The notes under the pieces: model-generated
The model's input: the letters and a program-made list of their open reading frames with translations, nothing else
What the model was told of the DNA's origin: nothing
Databases searched by the model: none
Origin: a virus
Lineage: Duplodnaviria; Caudoviricetes
Strand: one strand, 5' to 3'
Virus record (IMG/VR): IMGVR_UViG_3300030376_004713
Span: 1-31,777 of that record
Length of the DNA: 31,777 nt
Program-made: the position numbers and the translations under genes
Shown here: positions 16,501 through 24,847 of the stretch, one piece after another
Numbering within the stretch: position 1 is the stretch's first letter
How the letters are laid out: each line of letters starts with the position of its first letter

Positions 16501-18290
16501 CTACAGCAGCAGAACAATCAGATTCAACAACTATACAATCATTTAATAGTGACGGTTTTAGTGTAGGTAATGCAGGAGGAGGAATTGGTAATAGTGGAGA
16601 TGATTATATAGTCTGGGGGTGGAAAGCTGGGAATTCTTGGGAATCAAATGTTGATGGAAGTATTCAAACTTTAGTTAATGCAAATACCGCAAGTGGGTTT
16701 TCTATTATAAAGTATAATATGAACCTTACAAGTGGAACGTTTACTTTAGGGCATGGGTTATCATCCGCTCCTCAGTTAATATTTTTCTTTGCATTAGAAC
16801 AATCGGGAAGTACTTCAAATATAGTTTACCCAAATATTAAAGAAAAAGAAATGGTATTAGATAATACTGGGGCTGCTTCAGATAGTAACCCTAACTATTG
16901 GAACGACACAGCTCCTACTAGTACACTAATAACTATGGGTTCTGCATGGACACAATATCATTCATATTATGGCGGAGAAACTATTGCTTATGCTTTTCAT
17001 TCAGTATCTGGGTTTTGTGATATTGATACATATTCAGGTAATGGAAGTACACAAAGTATTACAGGGGTAGGATTTAGACCAGATTTTGTTATAATAAAAG
17101 AAACATCAGCTGCAGAGTCTTGGAGAATGTTTGATAGCTGGAGAGGTGCAACTAAAAGATTATTTCCAAACACTGATGGCGTTGAGTCTACTGCAAGTGA
17201 CTCTTTAACATCTTTTGATAGTGATGGGTTTAGTTTAGGTTCAAGCGCGGGTGTAAATGAAAGTGGCCAAACGTATTTATACATGGCATATAGAATGAAT
17301 ACAACTTTAAATACTACACTTGCTAATAGTTTTAAAAATATGCATTATACTGGAACTGGCGCAGAATTAGCTGTAACAGGTGCAGGATTTAAACCAGATT
17401 TGGTTTGGATTACGAATAGAGATGGTACAACTTGGAATAATATTTTTGATTCTGTAAGAGGGTCAAATGCATATTTAGCTACAAATGCTAATTCAGCTGT
17501 AGAGCATACCGCTAATACAATGGATTCATTTGATTCAGACGGTTTTACTATAGACTCATCAAACGGATTTGGAAATAATAATACTAACTTTGCAGCGTGG
17601 GCATGGAAAGCGGGTAATGGGCATGTAAGTAATTTTGAAGGAACTATACCTAGCATAGTAAATGCAAATACTGCAAATGGATTTAGTATTGTCAAATGGG
17701 AAGGAACGGGAGCACAAGGGACTATTGGTCATGGATTAAATTCCGCTCCTGAAATAATTATTTCAAAAAGAATAGATTCTACTAATAACTGGAATGTATA
17801 TCATAAAGATTTAGGTTTAAGTCATACTTCATATCCTAATTGGTTGTATTTAAATTTAACTAGTTCAGAACAAAATAGTGGCTCAAATGCAAATCACGCT
17901 TATTATCAAGTTCCTTCATCTACACTTATATACCAGCACACAGGTTCAAGTGAAAGTACAAATGTTGATGGAGGTGATTATATATCTTATTGTTGGCATT
18001 CAGTGTCTGGTTATTCAAAAATAGATGAATATACTGGCTCAGGAACAGGTGCTAATCAATTAATAAATACAGGATTTCAGCCAGACTGGGTGATGTTTAA
18101 AGATTATTCAGCTGGAGGTTCTTGGTTTATAGTAGATTCATCTAGAGGAGGAGCTAAAAGTATGAAAGCAAATGATTATGCTACAGAAGGAACAACTAAT
18201 TTTGTAACATTTGAATCAAATGGTTTTAGAGTAACAGGAGACGCTAATGCAACATCAGATTGGGTATATATGGCTTTTAAAATGAATTAA
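13587..18290 (+). CDS. Large repeat adhesin / receptor-binding protein with inserted LamG (concanavalin A-like) domain (1567 aa)
   Basis: Twelve G(F/L)xPDx(V/I)x(I/F)K-type repeats; LamG-like segment about 14979-15623 (YKFE..GKFNKAAQFNG..TVSVWVK..HIAVT..MYING..GEIDQLRVY). Confidence 0.85.
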   Translation: MSLNKRLIASGPAPFVASENFTTVTWEGDEQDDREITVGFKPDFVWFKTRNQSNDHNLSDSTRGAAKQIRPNRDIAEVSASDQIKSFTSTGFTVGTSGDSNRAGNTYVAWCWKVGGGTTSSNTDGSGITSTVQSNADTGISIVKWTGTANASHTVGHGLGTTPDVIMLKDYSNTRNWMVHVSAAPTVNQPFGGNLDLNTTFNTNAGTNGGFGTPTSSVITFTNGSGSVNNMNASSANIIAYCFSAVSGFSHFGSYPGNGSNDGPFIETGFEPAFLMIKRTDSTGSWFIYDSHRNTSDPRTKYVQANTSNVEASDLIGVDFLSNGFKLLDDYSHLNADGGEYVYMAFAADPDTTTPTLTNSFNAIRYRGNGSTLPVSGLGFKPDFIWAKARTATNSHSMFDNLRGINKELNANSDDAQGSLDDGVLSFDSDGWTMGDRANLNQNDHDFIGWAWKAGDQQTIFGGPARAIYKFEDNTNDVTGNHNAVGSSLTGYTSSGKFNKAAQFNGSDTYINLPNGSFRYPELTVSVWVKPAGSGHRSIIENYDYQSSASKGFILRIDNSTDKARFVIYNGDCDNPYPDDTSCSNVTAAVSSSAIPTNAYTHIAVTMKLGELKMYINGELDVSTETQGIGYHASASTNIGRTVHAFSTGGEAFYNGEIDQLRVYSGCASDIDITALYAETTSDNDDLTLGEPASVLISANAAAGFSIVKYKGDGIAGLQVPHGLSVAPDMMLIKSLDTALYWAVYHKYNTGGSGNGHTERLKMNVSHSTATTSIYWNSTAPTATYFTVGTDTDTNTAGEEYIAYCFHDVSSYQKFGSYTGNGSSTGPSITTGFKPDFIFIKRADATEDYKIIDALRSFDNTIEPNENIAEESANNSNFTLTSTGFQIGDTHGDFNANNGKYVYWAIAQNVPANTTLADSFGIVEYRGLGNPRKIQGFSFRPDFVWIKNRDTDFSHSMFDTVRGAGEYVRPNTTAAEQSDSTTIQSFNSDGFSVGNAGGGIGNSGDDYIVWGWKAGNSWESNVDGSIQTLVNANTASGFSIIKYNMNLTSGTFTLGHGLSSAPQLIFFFALEQSGSTSNIVYPNIKEKEMVLDNTGAASDSNPNYWNDTAPTSTLITMGSAWTQYHSYYGGETIAYAFHSVSGFCDIDTYSGNGSTQSITGVGFRPDFVIIKETSAAESWRMFDSWRGATKRLFPNTDGVESTASDSLTSFDSDGFSLGSSAGVNESGQTYLYMAYRMNTTLNTTLANSFKNMHYTGTGAELAVTGAGFKPDLVWITNRDGTTWNNIFDSVRGSNAYLATNANSAVEHTANTMDSFDSDGFTIDSSNGFGNNNTNFAAWAWKAGNGHVSNFEGTIPSIVNANTANGFSIVKWEGTGAQGTIGHGLNSAPEIIISKRIDSTNNWNVYHKDLGLSHTSYPNWLYLNLTSSEQNSGSNANHAYYQVPSSTLIYQHTGSSESTNVDGGDYISYCWHSVSGYSKIDEYTGSGTGANQLINTGFQPDWVMFKDYSAGGSWFIVDSSRGGAKSMKANDYATEGTTNFVTFESNGFRVTGDANATSDWVYMAFKMN

Positions 18291-18291
18291 A

Positions 18292-18507
18292 ATGATAGCA
18301 TATATATTACTTGGAATATTTACGTTACTTTTAATAATAGGTCAAATTAAAAATGCTGATATAATTATAGCGCCTATAATGGGATTTATGGTAGGAGCAT
18401 TATATAATAAAGAATACTTTGAAGATGGAACATGCGATACAACCTTGCAATGTGCTGTCGGTTTTATAACTTTGAGTGTAGTATGGACTCGTAACATAAA
18501 AGAATAA
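18292..18507 (+). CDS. Small hydrophobic hypothetical protein (71 aa)
   Basis: Starts 2 nt after the adhesin stop; hydrophobic N-terminus. Confidence 0.7.
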   Translation: MIAYILLGIFTLLLIIGQIKNADIIIAPIMGFMVGALYNKEYFEDGTCDTTLQCAVGFITLSVVWTRNIKE

Positions 18508-18511
18508 ATAC

Positions 18512-18519
18512 TATATTTG
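18512..18519 (+). promoter_or_regulatory. Bacteroidota-type -7 promoter element TAnnTTTG
   Basis: TATATTTG in the intergenic gap ahead of the packaging/head operon; no well-spaced -33 TTTG seen. Confidence 0.4.
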
Positions 18520-18550
18520 TATATAGTGTAATTAAATTAAATTAAATAAA

Positions 18551-18811
18551 ATGTCAAAAAAGAAAATAACAAAAGAGGAGCTTGAAGAATTACAAGCTAA
18601 AATATCAGTTTTAAATAATCTACAATATAAGCTAGGTGCTTTAGCTGTAGATCAAAATAAAGTTTTAAAAGCATTTGACACGGTTCGTGAAGAACTTAGA
18701 ACAATGCAAATGGGATTAAAAGAAACATACGGTAATGTTAGTATTAGCGTAGAAGATGGTAGCCTCACTGAAACAGAAGAAACAGATGAGCAAGCTGATA
18801 AGAAAGATTAG
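18551..18811 (+). CDS. Small coiled-coil protein (86 aa)
   Basis: Two heptad-rich helices, then YGNVSISVEDGSL beta-hairpin-like segment. Confidence 0.85.
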   Translation: MSKKKITKEELEELQAKISVLNNLQYKLGALAVDQNKVLKAFDTVREELRTMQMGLKETYGNVSISVEDGSLTETEETDEQADKKD

Positions 18812-19007
18812 TATTGGAAAAAACTATAAAACAGACGCAATGCACTATGCTGTGGGGCAAGAGGTTTATGGAGGTCATACAATATGTGATATAATAGATG
18901 AAAAAGATAATTATTCTATTTACATAAAGAAAGGTGCGGATGTATTACCATGGAAAAGTTTTAATAAAAACATGGCTATATCTGTTGAGTATAATTTACA
19001 ATATTAA
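18786..19007 (+). CDS. Hypothetical protein (73 aa; start probably MSKLIRKISIG at 18786)
   Basis: Second Met shortens the overlap; TAATG-coupled to 19007. Confidence 0.8.
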   Translation: MSKLIRKISIGKNYKTDAMHYAVGQEVYGGHTICDIIDEKDNYSIYIKKGADVLPWKSFNKNMAISVEYNLQY

Positions 19008-19594
19008 TGAAACCAATTTATTCCTTTTTAATAAAACCTAAAAAAGAAAGATACGACAATACAAAAACGGTTGGAGATAAAGAGTTAATATTAAACACTG
19101 ATATATCCGATCATAAATTTGTAAGTCGTCAAGCAATAGTTTGCAAAACACCTATAGCACGTGATACACATATTAACAGAGGTGATGAGCTTTATGTTCA
19201 TCATAATATATTTCGTCGTTGGCATGATGTTAGAGGTATTGAACGCAATAGTAAAAGCTATTTCAAAGATAATTTATACTTCTGCGAACTTGAGCAAATA
19301 TTTCTTTACAAGCGTGATGGCATTTGGAAAGCGAATCAAGGATTTAGTTTTGTAAAACCTTTATCAAACAACGATGCGTTTTCAATAAACAAAGAAATGT
19401 CATTAACAGGTATTGTTAAGTACGTAGATAATACGAACAACTTTAAGGTTAATGAAAAAATAGGGTTTACTCCAGATAGTGAATATGAGTTTGTAATTGA
19501 AGGTGAAAGACTATACAGAGTAATAAATAATGAAATATCTATACGTTATGGATTTAAAGAAACAGAAAGAGAGTATAATCCAAGCTGGTTATAA
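19007..19594 (+). CDS. Tandem GroES-like (Cpn10-fold) protein (195 aa)
   Basis: Two GroES-like halves: MKPIYSFLIKP...INRGDELYV and FSFVKP...GIVKY...FKVNEKIGF...EFVIEGERLYRVINNEI (compare GroES VKVGDKVLF...EVKIDGEEYLILRESDI). Confidence 0.6.
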   Translation: MKPIYSFLIKPKKERYDNTKTVGDKELILNTDISDHKFVSRQAIVCKTPIARDTHINRGDELYVHHNIFRRWHDVRGIERNSKSYFKDNLYFCELEQIFLYKRDGIWKANQGFSFVKPLSNNDAFSINKEMSLTGIVKYVDNTNNFKVNEKIGFTPDSEYEFVIEGERLYRVINNEISIRYGFKETEREYNPSWL

Positions 19595-19820
19595 AGCGGT
19601 TGACGAATTAGTTAAAGTAGCAAAAGAAGCTATAGTTGAAACTGATGACGACGTTTCTGCTGATAGATTAAAGAATGCAGCAGCTACAAAGAAGCTTGCA
19701 ATATTCGATGCGTTCGAAATATTAAATAGAATAGAAGTTGAAAAAAACTTACTTGAAAACAAACCAACGCAAATAAAAGAAAATACATTTTCAGGGTTTG
19801 CAGAAAAAAAATCTAAATAA
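19548..19820 (+). CDS. Probable terminase small subunit (about 90 aa; start probably 19548)
   Basis: Helical protein TAATG-coupled to terL; function inferred from position only. Confidence 0.55.
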   Translation: MDLKKQKESIIQAGYKAVDELVKVAKEAIVETDDDVSADRLKNAAATKKLAIFDAFEILNRIEVEKNLLENKPTQIKENTFSGFAEKKSK

Positions 19821-22036
19821 TGTCATATCAACAAACATTATATAAGATTATTGAGCCAATTAAAAAAACTACTATTAGTAGATTGAATAAAGGCAAGAAA
19901 TGGAAGTACGGGTATAACGAAGAGCACGATGTTGTTGTTATTAGCAAGACAGGTAAAATAGGTGAAGTATATGAAATACAGAATCTACGAATAGCTTTGC
20001 CTGCTGAAAAAGATGTGTATAGCAAAAACAATAAATGGGTTCCGCATGAATATCCGCAAGAGCTTAAAAGATTAAAAACAATATTTGATTGGAGAGATTA
20101 TCCAGAAGAATTAAAAGAAAAGTGGTATGCGTACATTGATAAAGAGTTTACTCGTAGAGAAGAAGGCTATTGGTTCCTTAACAAAGGCAATAGCACTTAT
20201 ATCACTGGCACTCATTATATGTACTTGCAGTGGTCCAAGATTGATGTTGGGAAGCCAGACTTTCGAGAAGCAAACAGATTATTCTTCATATTCTGGGAAG
20301 CTTGCAAGGCAGACGCAAGATGTTATGGGATTTGCTACCTTAAGAATAGACGGTCTGGATTTAGCTTCATGTCAAGCAGCGAGACAGTTAATCAAGCTAC
20401 AATCTCATCAGATTCTAGATTCGGAATCTTATCGAAGACTGGTGCAGATGCAAAGAAAATGTTTACCGACAAGGTCGTACCAATTTCATCGCACTATCCA
20501 TTCTTCTTCAAACCAATACAAGACGGAATGGACCGTCCCAAAACAGAGTTGGCCTACCGTGTCCCAGCATCCAAACTCACAAGAAAGTCCATCACCAGTG
20601 CAACCAAATCCAAGCCCCAAGAACTCGAAGGGCTCGATACAACAATAGATTGGAAGAACACCGGGGATAACTCATATGATGGTGAGAAGTTAAAATTATT
20701 AGTTCACGATGAATCTGGTAAATGGGAAAGACCAGATAATATATTAAATAATTGGAGAGTAACAAAAACAACCCTTAGACTAGGTAGCAGGATAATAGGA
20801 AAGTGTATGATGGGATCAACATCAAACGCATTAGATAAGGGTGGTGATAACTTTAAAAAATTATATCATGCTTCAGACGTTACAAAACGAAACAGAAATG
20901 GACAAACAAGCTCTGGATTATATAGCTTATTCATACCTATGGAATGGAACTACGAAGGATTTATCGACGATTGCGGAATGCCTGTCTTTGAATCTGGAGA
21001 TACTAGCGCTCGCGACAATTATGGAGAAACAATTGGAACAGGAGTTATTGAACACTGGCAAAACGAGGCAGACGGTCTTAAAAGCGATCAAGACGCGTTA
21101 AATGAATTTTATCGTCAATTCCCGCGTACAGAAGAGCACGCGTTTAGAGACGAAACAAAAAATAGTATATTTAATTTACAAAAGATATACGAACAAATAG
21201 ATTACAATGGAGATTTAAAAAACTCCGGGTTTGTATCAAAAGGAAATTTCCAATGGGAAAATGGTGTAAAAGATAGTAAAGTTATATTTATGCCAGATTT
21301 AAAAGGAAGATTTAATGTATCGTGGATTCCGCCGGTACATATGCAAAACATTGTAATAAATAATAGAGGTAGAAAAACCCCAGGAAATGAACACTTAGGG
21401 GCTTTTGGATGTGATAGTTACGATATATCCGGAACGACAGATGGTCAAGGATCGAAAGGAGCATTGCATGGATTAACTAAGTTTAGCTTAGATGAAGCCC
21501 CTTCTAATAGTTTTTTTCTTGAATATGTTTCAAGACCTCCAACGGCAGAAATGTTTTTTGAAGATGTATTAATGGCATTAGTATTTTATGGAATGCCATT
21601 ACTTGCAGAGAACAACAAACCAAGACTTTTATATTATTTAAAAAGAAGAGGGTATAGAGGGTATTCTATGAATAGACCAGATAAAAGTTATAATAAATTA
21701 TCTATAACAGAAAAAGAAGTAGGTGGAATTCCAAACTCTTCTGAAGATATTAGGCAAGCACATGCAGCAGCTATTGAATCATATATAGACAAACATGTAG
21801 GATTAAAAGAAGACAATAACTATGGAGATCTTTATTTTGACCGTACATTAAATGATTGGGCTTTGTTTGATATAAATAAAAGAACAAAATTTGATGCAGC
21901 AATAAGTTCAGGGCTTGCAATAATGGCATGTAATAAAAATATGTATGCTCCTGCTGTAGTTAAAACAACAAAAAAATTAGAATTTGAATTTAAAAAATAC
22001 AATAATCAAGGAAGTTTTTCAAAAATATTAAAATAA
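19820..22036 (+). CDS. terL: Terminase large subunit (738 aa)
   Basis: Walker A-like LKNRRSGFS, Walker B LLVHDESGKW, coupling motif MGST, RNase H-like FGCDSYD and FDAAISSG; directly upstream of portal. Confidence 0.95.
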   Translation: MSYQQTLYKIIEPIKKTTISRLNKGKKWKYGYNEEHDVVVISKTGKIGEVYEIQNLRIALPAEKDVYSKNNKWVPHEYPQELKRLKTIFDWRDYPEELKEKWYAYIDKEFTRREEGYWFLNKGNSTYITGTHYMYLQWSKIDVGKPDFREANRLFFIFWEACKADARCYGICYLKNRRSGFSFMSSSETVNQATISSDSRFGILSKTGADAKKMFTDKVVPISSHYPFFFKPIQDGMDRPKTELAYRVPASKLTRKSITSATKSKPQELEGLDTTIDWKNTGDNSYDGEKLKLLVHDESGKWERPDNILNNWRVTKTTLRLGSRIIGKCMMGSTSNALDKGGDNFKKLYHASDVTKRNRNGQTSSGLYSLFIPMEWNYEGFIDDCGMPVFESGDTSARDNYGETIGTGVIEHWQNEADGLKSDQDALNEFYRQFPRTEEHAFRDETKNSIFNLQKIYEQIDYNGDLKNSGFVSKGNFQWENGVKDSKVIFMPDLKGRFNVSWIPPVHMQNIVINNRGRKTPGNEHLGAFGCDSYDISGTTDGQGSKGALHGLTKFSLDEAPSNSFFLEYVSRPPTAEMFFEDVLMALVFYGMPLLAENNKPRLLYYLKRRGYRGYSMNRPDKSYNKLSITEKEVGGIPNSSEDIRQAHAAAIESYIDKHVGLKEDNNYGDLYFDRTLNDWALFDINKRTKFDAAISSGLAIMACNKNMYAPAVVKTTKKLEFEFKKYNNQGSFSKILK
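20127..20648 (+). CDS. Candidate overprinted gene in the +1 frame of terL: 173-aa lipoprotein-like/membrane-anchored protein
   Basis: 173 open codons; basic N-terminus, hydrophobic AIALISLALII then CTC; Pro/Ser/Gln-rich C-terminus; coincides with a strong rise in C/G-ending terL codons. Confidence 0.55.
   Translation: MRTLIKSLLVEKKAIGSLTKAIALISLALIICTCSGPRLMLGSQTFEKQTDYSSYSGKLARQTQDVMGFATLRIDGLDLASCQAARQLIKLQSHQILDSESYRRLVQMQRKCLPTRSYQFHRTIHSSSNQYKTEWTVPKQSWPTVSQHPNSQESPSPVQPNPSPKNSKGSIQQ
20841..21101 (+). CDS. Second candidate overprinted ORF in the +1 frame of terL (up to 86 aa)
   Basis: Same frame as 20127..20648; local GC rise at about 20950-21150; amphipathic-helix-like sequence with basic C-terminus. 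Confidence 0.35.
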   Translation: MVITLKNYIMLQTLQNETEMDKQALDYIAYSYLWNGTTKDLSTIAECLSLNLEILALATIMEKQLEQELLNTGKTRQTVLKAIKTR

Positions 22037-24460
22037 ATGGCAAAGTCACACCCAACAGGATTATTCCCAAGCATGTCAGTATCTGACGCAGAAAAAGCTA
22101 GCATAGAATATGGTAAGAAAATAGGAAGAGCTATTGAGTCGGAATGGTTTAAAAAAGATTCTGGTACTTCAAGGTATCAATCTAATCGTGAAAATTTTCA
22201 TAGATTAAGATTATACGCAAGAGGCGAACAATCAATACAAAAATATAAAGATGAGTTATCAATTAATGGTGACTTGTCTTATTTAAATTTAGATTGGAAG
22301 CCAGTGCCAATTATTCCAAAATTTGTAGATATAGTAGTAAATGGTATTAGCGAAAGAACATATGATTTAAATGCTTATTCGCAAGATCCAAGTTCTGTTA
22401 AAAATCGTTCTGACTATATGGATAGTATATTAGAAGATATGAGAACTCAAAATTATAAAAATCAAGTAGGTCGAACATTTGGTATTGATATATATAAAAC
22501 AAATCAAAAAAATCTTCCAATTGACGAGTCTGAGCTTAATGTACATATGCAATTAGATTATAAACAAGGAATTGAAATTGCACAAGAAGAAGCTATCAAT
22601 AATGTTTTTGATAAAAACGATTATGAATTAACTAAAAAAAGATTAGATTATGATATAACTGTACTTGGTATGGGTTGTGTAAAAAATAGTTTTAATAAAT
22701 CTGACGGTATTGTTATTAATTATGTAGACCCCGCAGATATAGTTTATTCATTTACAGAATCCCCATATTTTGATGATTTATATTATGTAGGTGAAATAAA
22801 AAAAATAAGCATAGTTGAATTAAAAAAACAATTTCCACATATAACGGATGAAGAAATAAAAAATATAGAAGATAATGGTTTAGGATCAGGTGCTTTATTA
22901 TATAATAAATCTTATGGAGCTTTAGACGGTGACGACGACGGGTATGTTTATATTTTATATTTTGAATATAAAACATATAGAAGCCAAACTTATAAAATTA
23001 AAGAAACGCCTTCTGGGGGTAAAAAAGCAATAAAAAAAGATGACACTTTTAATCCACCTGCAGATCAAAGATCCAGATTTGAAAAAGTAGATAGAGCTAT
23101 AGAAGTATTATATAGTGGAGCAAAAATTATTGGTAGTGAAAATGTAATAGAGTGGAAAATGTCTGAAAACATGACAAGGCCTAAATCTGATACTACTAAA
23201 GTGCATATGTCATATAATATTGTTGCACCAAGAATGTATAAAGGAAGATTAGAATCTTTAGTAAGCAGAATGACTACTTTTGCTGATATGATACAGCTTA
23301 CACATTTAAAGTTGCAACAAGTACTAGCAAGAATGGTTCCTGACGGTGTATTCTTAGATGCTGATGGAATAGCAGAAGTAGATTTAGGTAATGGAACAAA
23401 TTATAATCCTCAAGAAGCACTTAATATGTTTTTTCAAACAGGTTCTGTTATTGGAAGATCAATGACTCAGGATGGAGAATTTAATAACGGAAGAGTTCCT
23501 ATTCAAGAATTACAAAGCGGAAGCGGAGGTGGAAAAATTTCAGCGTTAATTACAGCATATAATTATTATTTGCAAAACATGAGAGATGTTACGGGATTAA
23601 ATGAAGCAAGGGACGGTTCGTTGCCTGATAAAAATTCTTTGGTAGGGTTGCAAAAAATCGCGGCAGCTAATTCTAATACTGCTACACGTCATATATTACA
23701 AGCAGGATTATTTCTTACTTTAAAAACAGCAGAGTGTATAAGCTTAAGAGTTTCAGATGTATTAGAATACGCAAATATGAATAATAGTTTTATAAATTCT
23801 TTAGGAAGATTTAATGTAGCTAACTTAAAAGAAGTAAAGGATTTATATTTACATGATTTTGGAATATACTTAGAGTTAGCCCCTGATGATGAAGAAAAAG
23901 CTATATTAGAAAATAATATTCAAATGACTTTAACTAAAGAACAAATATCTCTTGAAGACGCTATTGATATTAGAGAAGTTAAAAATTTAAAACTTGCAAA
24001 TCAATTATTAAAATTAAGAAGAAGAAAAAAAATTGAACAAGACCAAGCTATTTCTGCAAGAAATATTGAACTACAATCTGAAGCAAATGCAAAATCAGCG
24101 GAAGCAGCTGCAGCGGCAGATATTCAAAAAAATCAAGTTGTTACAGAAAGTAAGGTAAAAATGAGTCAAGCTCAAACACAATTTGATATTCAAAAGTTAG
24201 AAAGGGAAGCTGCTATTAAAAAAGAACTCATGTTGCATGAATTCCAATTAAACGTAAAGCTTAAAGAAATGGATTTACGAGTGATTAATGATAAAGATAA
24301 GTATCGTGAAGATAGAAAAGATGATAGAACAAAAATACAAGCTTCTCAGCAGTCTGAATTAATAGAACAAAGAAAAAATAATACACCGCCAAAAAACTTT
24401 GAATCCGCTGGATTTGATACTTTAGGTGGGTTTGGATTAGAACAATTTGATCCTAAATAA
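22037..24460 (+). CDS. Portal protein (807 aa)
   Basis: Between terL and scaffold/capsid genes; LDWKPVPIIPKFVDIVVNG, RDVTGLNEARDG, long C-terminal coiled coil as in crAss-like/P22-type portals. Confidence 0.9.
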   Translation: MAKSHPTGLFPSMSVSDAEKASIEYGKKIGRAIESEWFKKDSGTSRYQSNRENFHRLRLYARGEQSIQKYKDELSINGDLSYLNLDWKPVPIIPKFVDIVVNGISERTYDLNAYSQDPSSVKNRSDYMDSILEDMRTQNYKNQVGRTFGIDIYKTNQKNLPIDESELNVHMQLDYKQGIEIAQEEAINNVFDKNDYELTKKRLDYDITVLGMGCVKNSFNKSDGIVINYVDPADIVYSFTESPYFDDLYYVGEIKKISIVELKKQFPHITDEEIKNIEDNGLGSGALLYNKSYGALDGDDDGYVYILYFEYKTYRSQTYKIKETPSGGKKAIKKDDTFNPPADQRSRFEKVDRAIEVLYSGAKIIGSENVIEWKMSENMTRPKSDTTKVHMSYNIVAPRMYKGRLESLVSRMTTFADMIQLTHLKLQQVLARMVPDGVFLDADGIAEVDLGNGTNYNPQEALNMFFQTGSVIGRSMTQDGEFNNGRVPIQELQSGSGGGKISALITAYNYYLQNMRDVTGLNEARDGSLPDKNSLVGLQKIAAANSNTATRHILQAGLFLTLKTAECISLRVSDVLEYANMNNSFINSLGRFNVANLKEVKDLYLHDFGIYLELAPDDEEKAILENNIQMTLTKEQISLEDAIDIREVKNLKLANQLLKLRRRKKIEQDQAISARNIELQSEANAKSAEAAAAADIQKNQVVTESKVKMSQAQTQFDIQKLEREAAIKKELMLHEFQLNVKLKEMDLRVINDKDKYREDRKDDRTKIQASQQSELIEQRKNNTPPKNFESAGFDTLGGFGLEQFDPK

Positions 24461-24478
24461 TAATTAAATAATAAAAAA

Positions 24479-24796
24479 ATGGGTAAAGTAGTAAAAAACG
24501 ATTGGACCGGTAGTATAAACGGGTCAGCATACACAACAGCTAGTTCTGCTGCAATAACACCAACATCGGGAAATGTTTGGGTAGCAATAACAATGTTATC
24601 TGATACGGTTTTTGATAGCGCAAGCGGGTTGGTTGCAGAAAGTGCAACAACTTATGTTAACACAGAAGGCATTGGAGCAGGAGCTGCAGGCTTAGTCGTT
24701 GACAGTGTAACATTCCCAAAAGGAGTAACAATTTATGGTCGTTGGACTGAAATTGATGTAAACTCTGGAACTATTGTTGCATATCAAGGAGCATAA
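24479..24796 (+). CDS. Small beta-rich protein, probably virion-associated (105 aa)
   Basis: Thr/Ser/Gly/Ala-rich; VTFPKGVTIYGRWTEIDVNSGTIVAY; lies in the head module. Confidence 0.75.
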   Translation: MGKVVKNDWTGSINGSAYTTASSAAITPTSGNVWVAITMLSDTVFDSASGLVAESATTYVNTEGIGAGAAGLVVDSVTFPKGVTIYGRWTEIDVNSGTIVAYQGA

Positions 24797-24847
24797 GGTT
24801 AATTATTCTTACCTTTATAAAAAGAATAAAAACAATTATATTATATT

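Noticed and set aside
14914-19355. Short alternative-frame ORFs 14914..15120 and 19161..19355
   Set aside because: Under 70 codons with no clear codon-usage anomaly; compatible with chance.
20127-20660. GC-rich terL segment as an intein or intron
   Set aside because: The segment encodes the Walker A region in frame; no splicing or homing endonuclease motifs.
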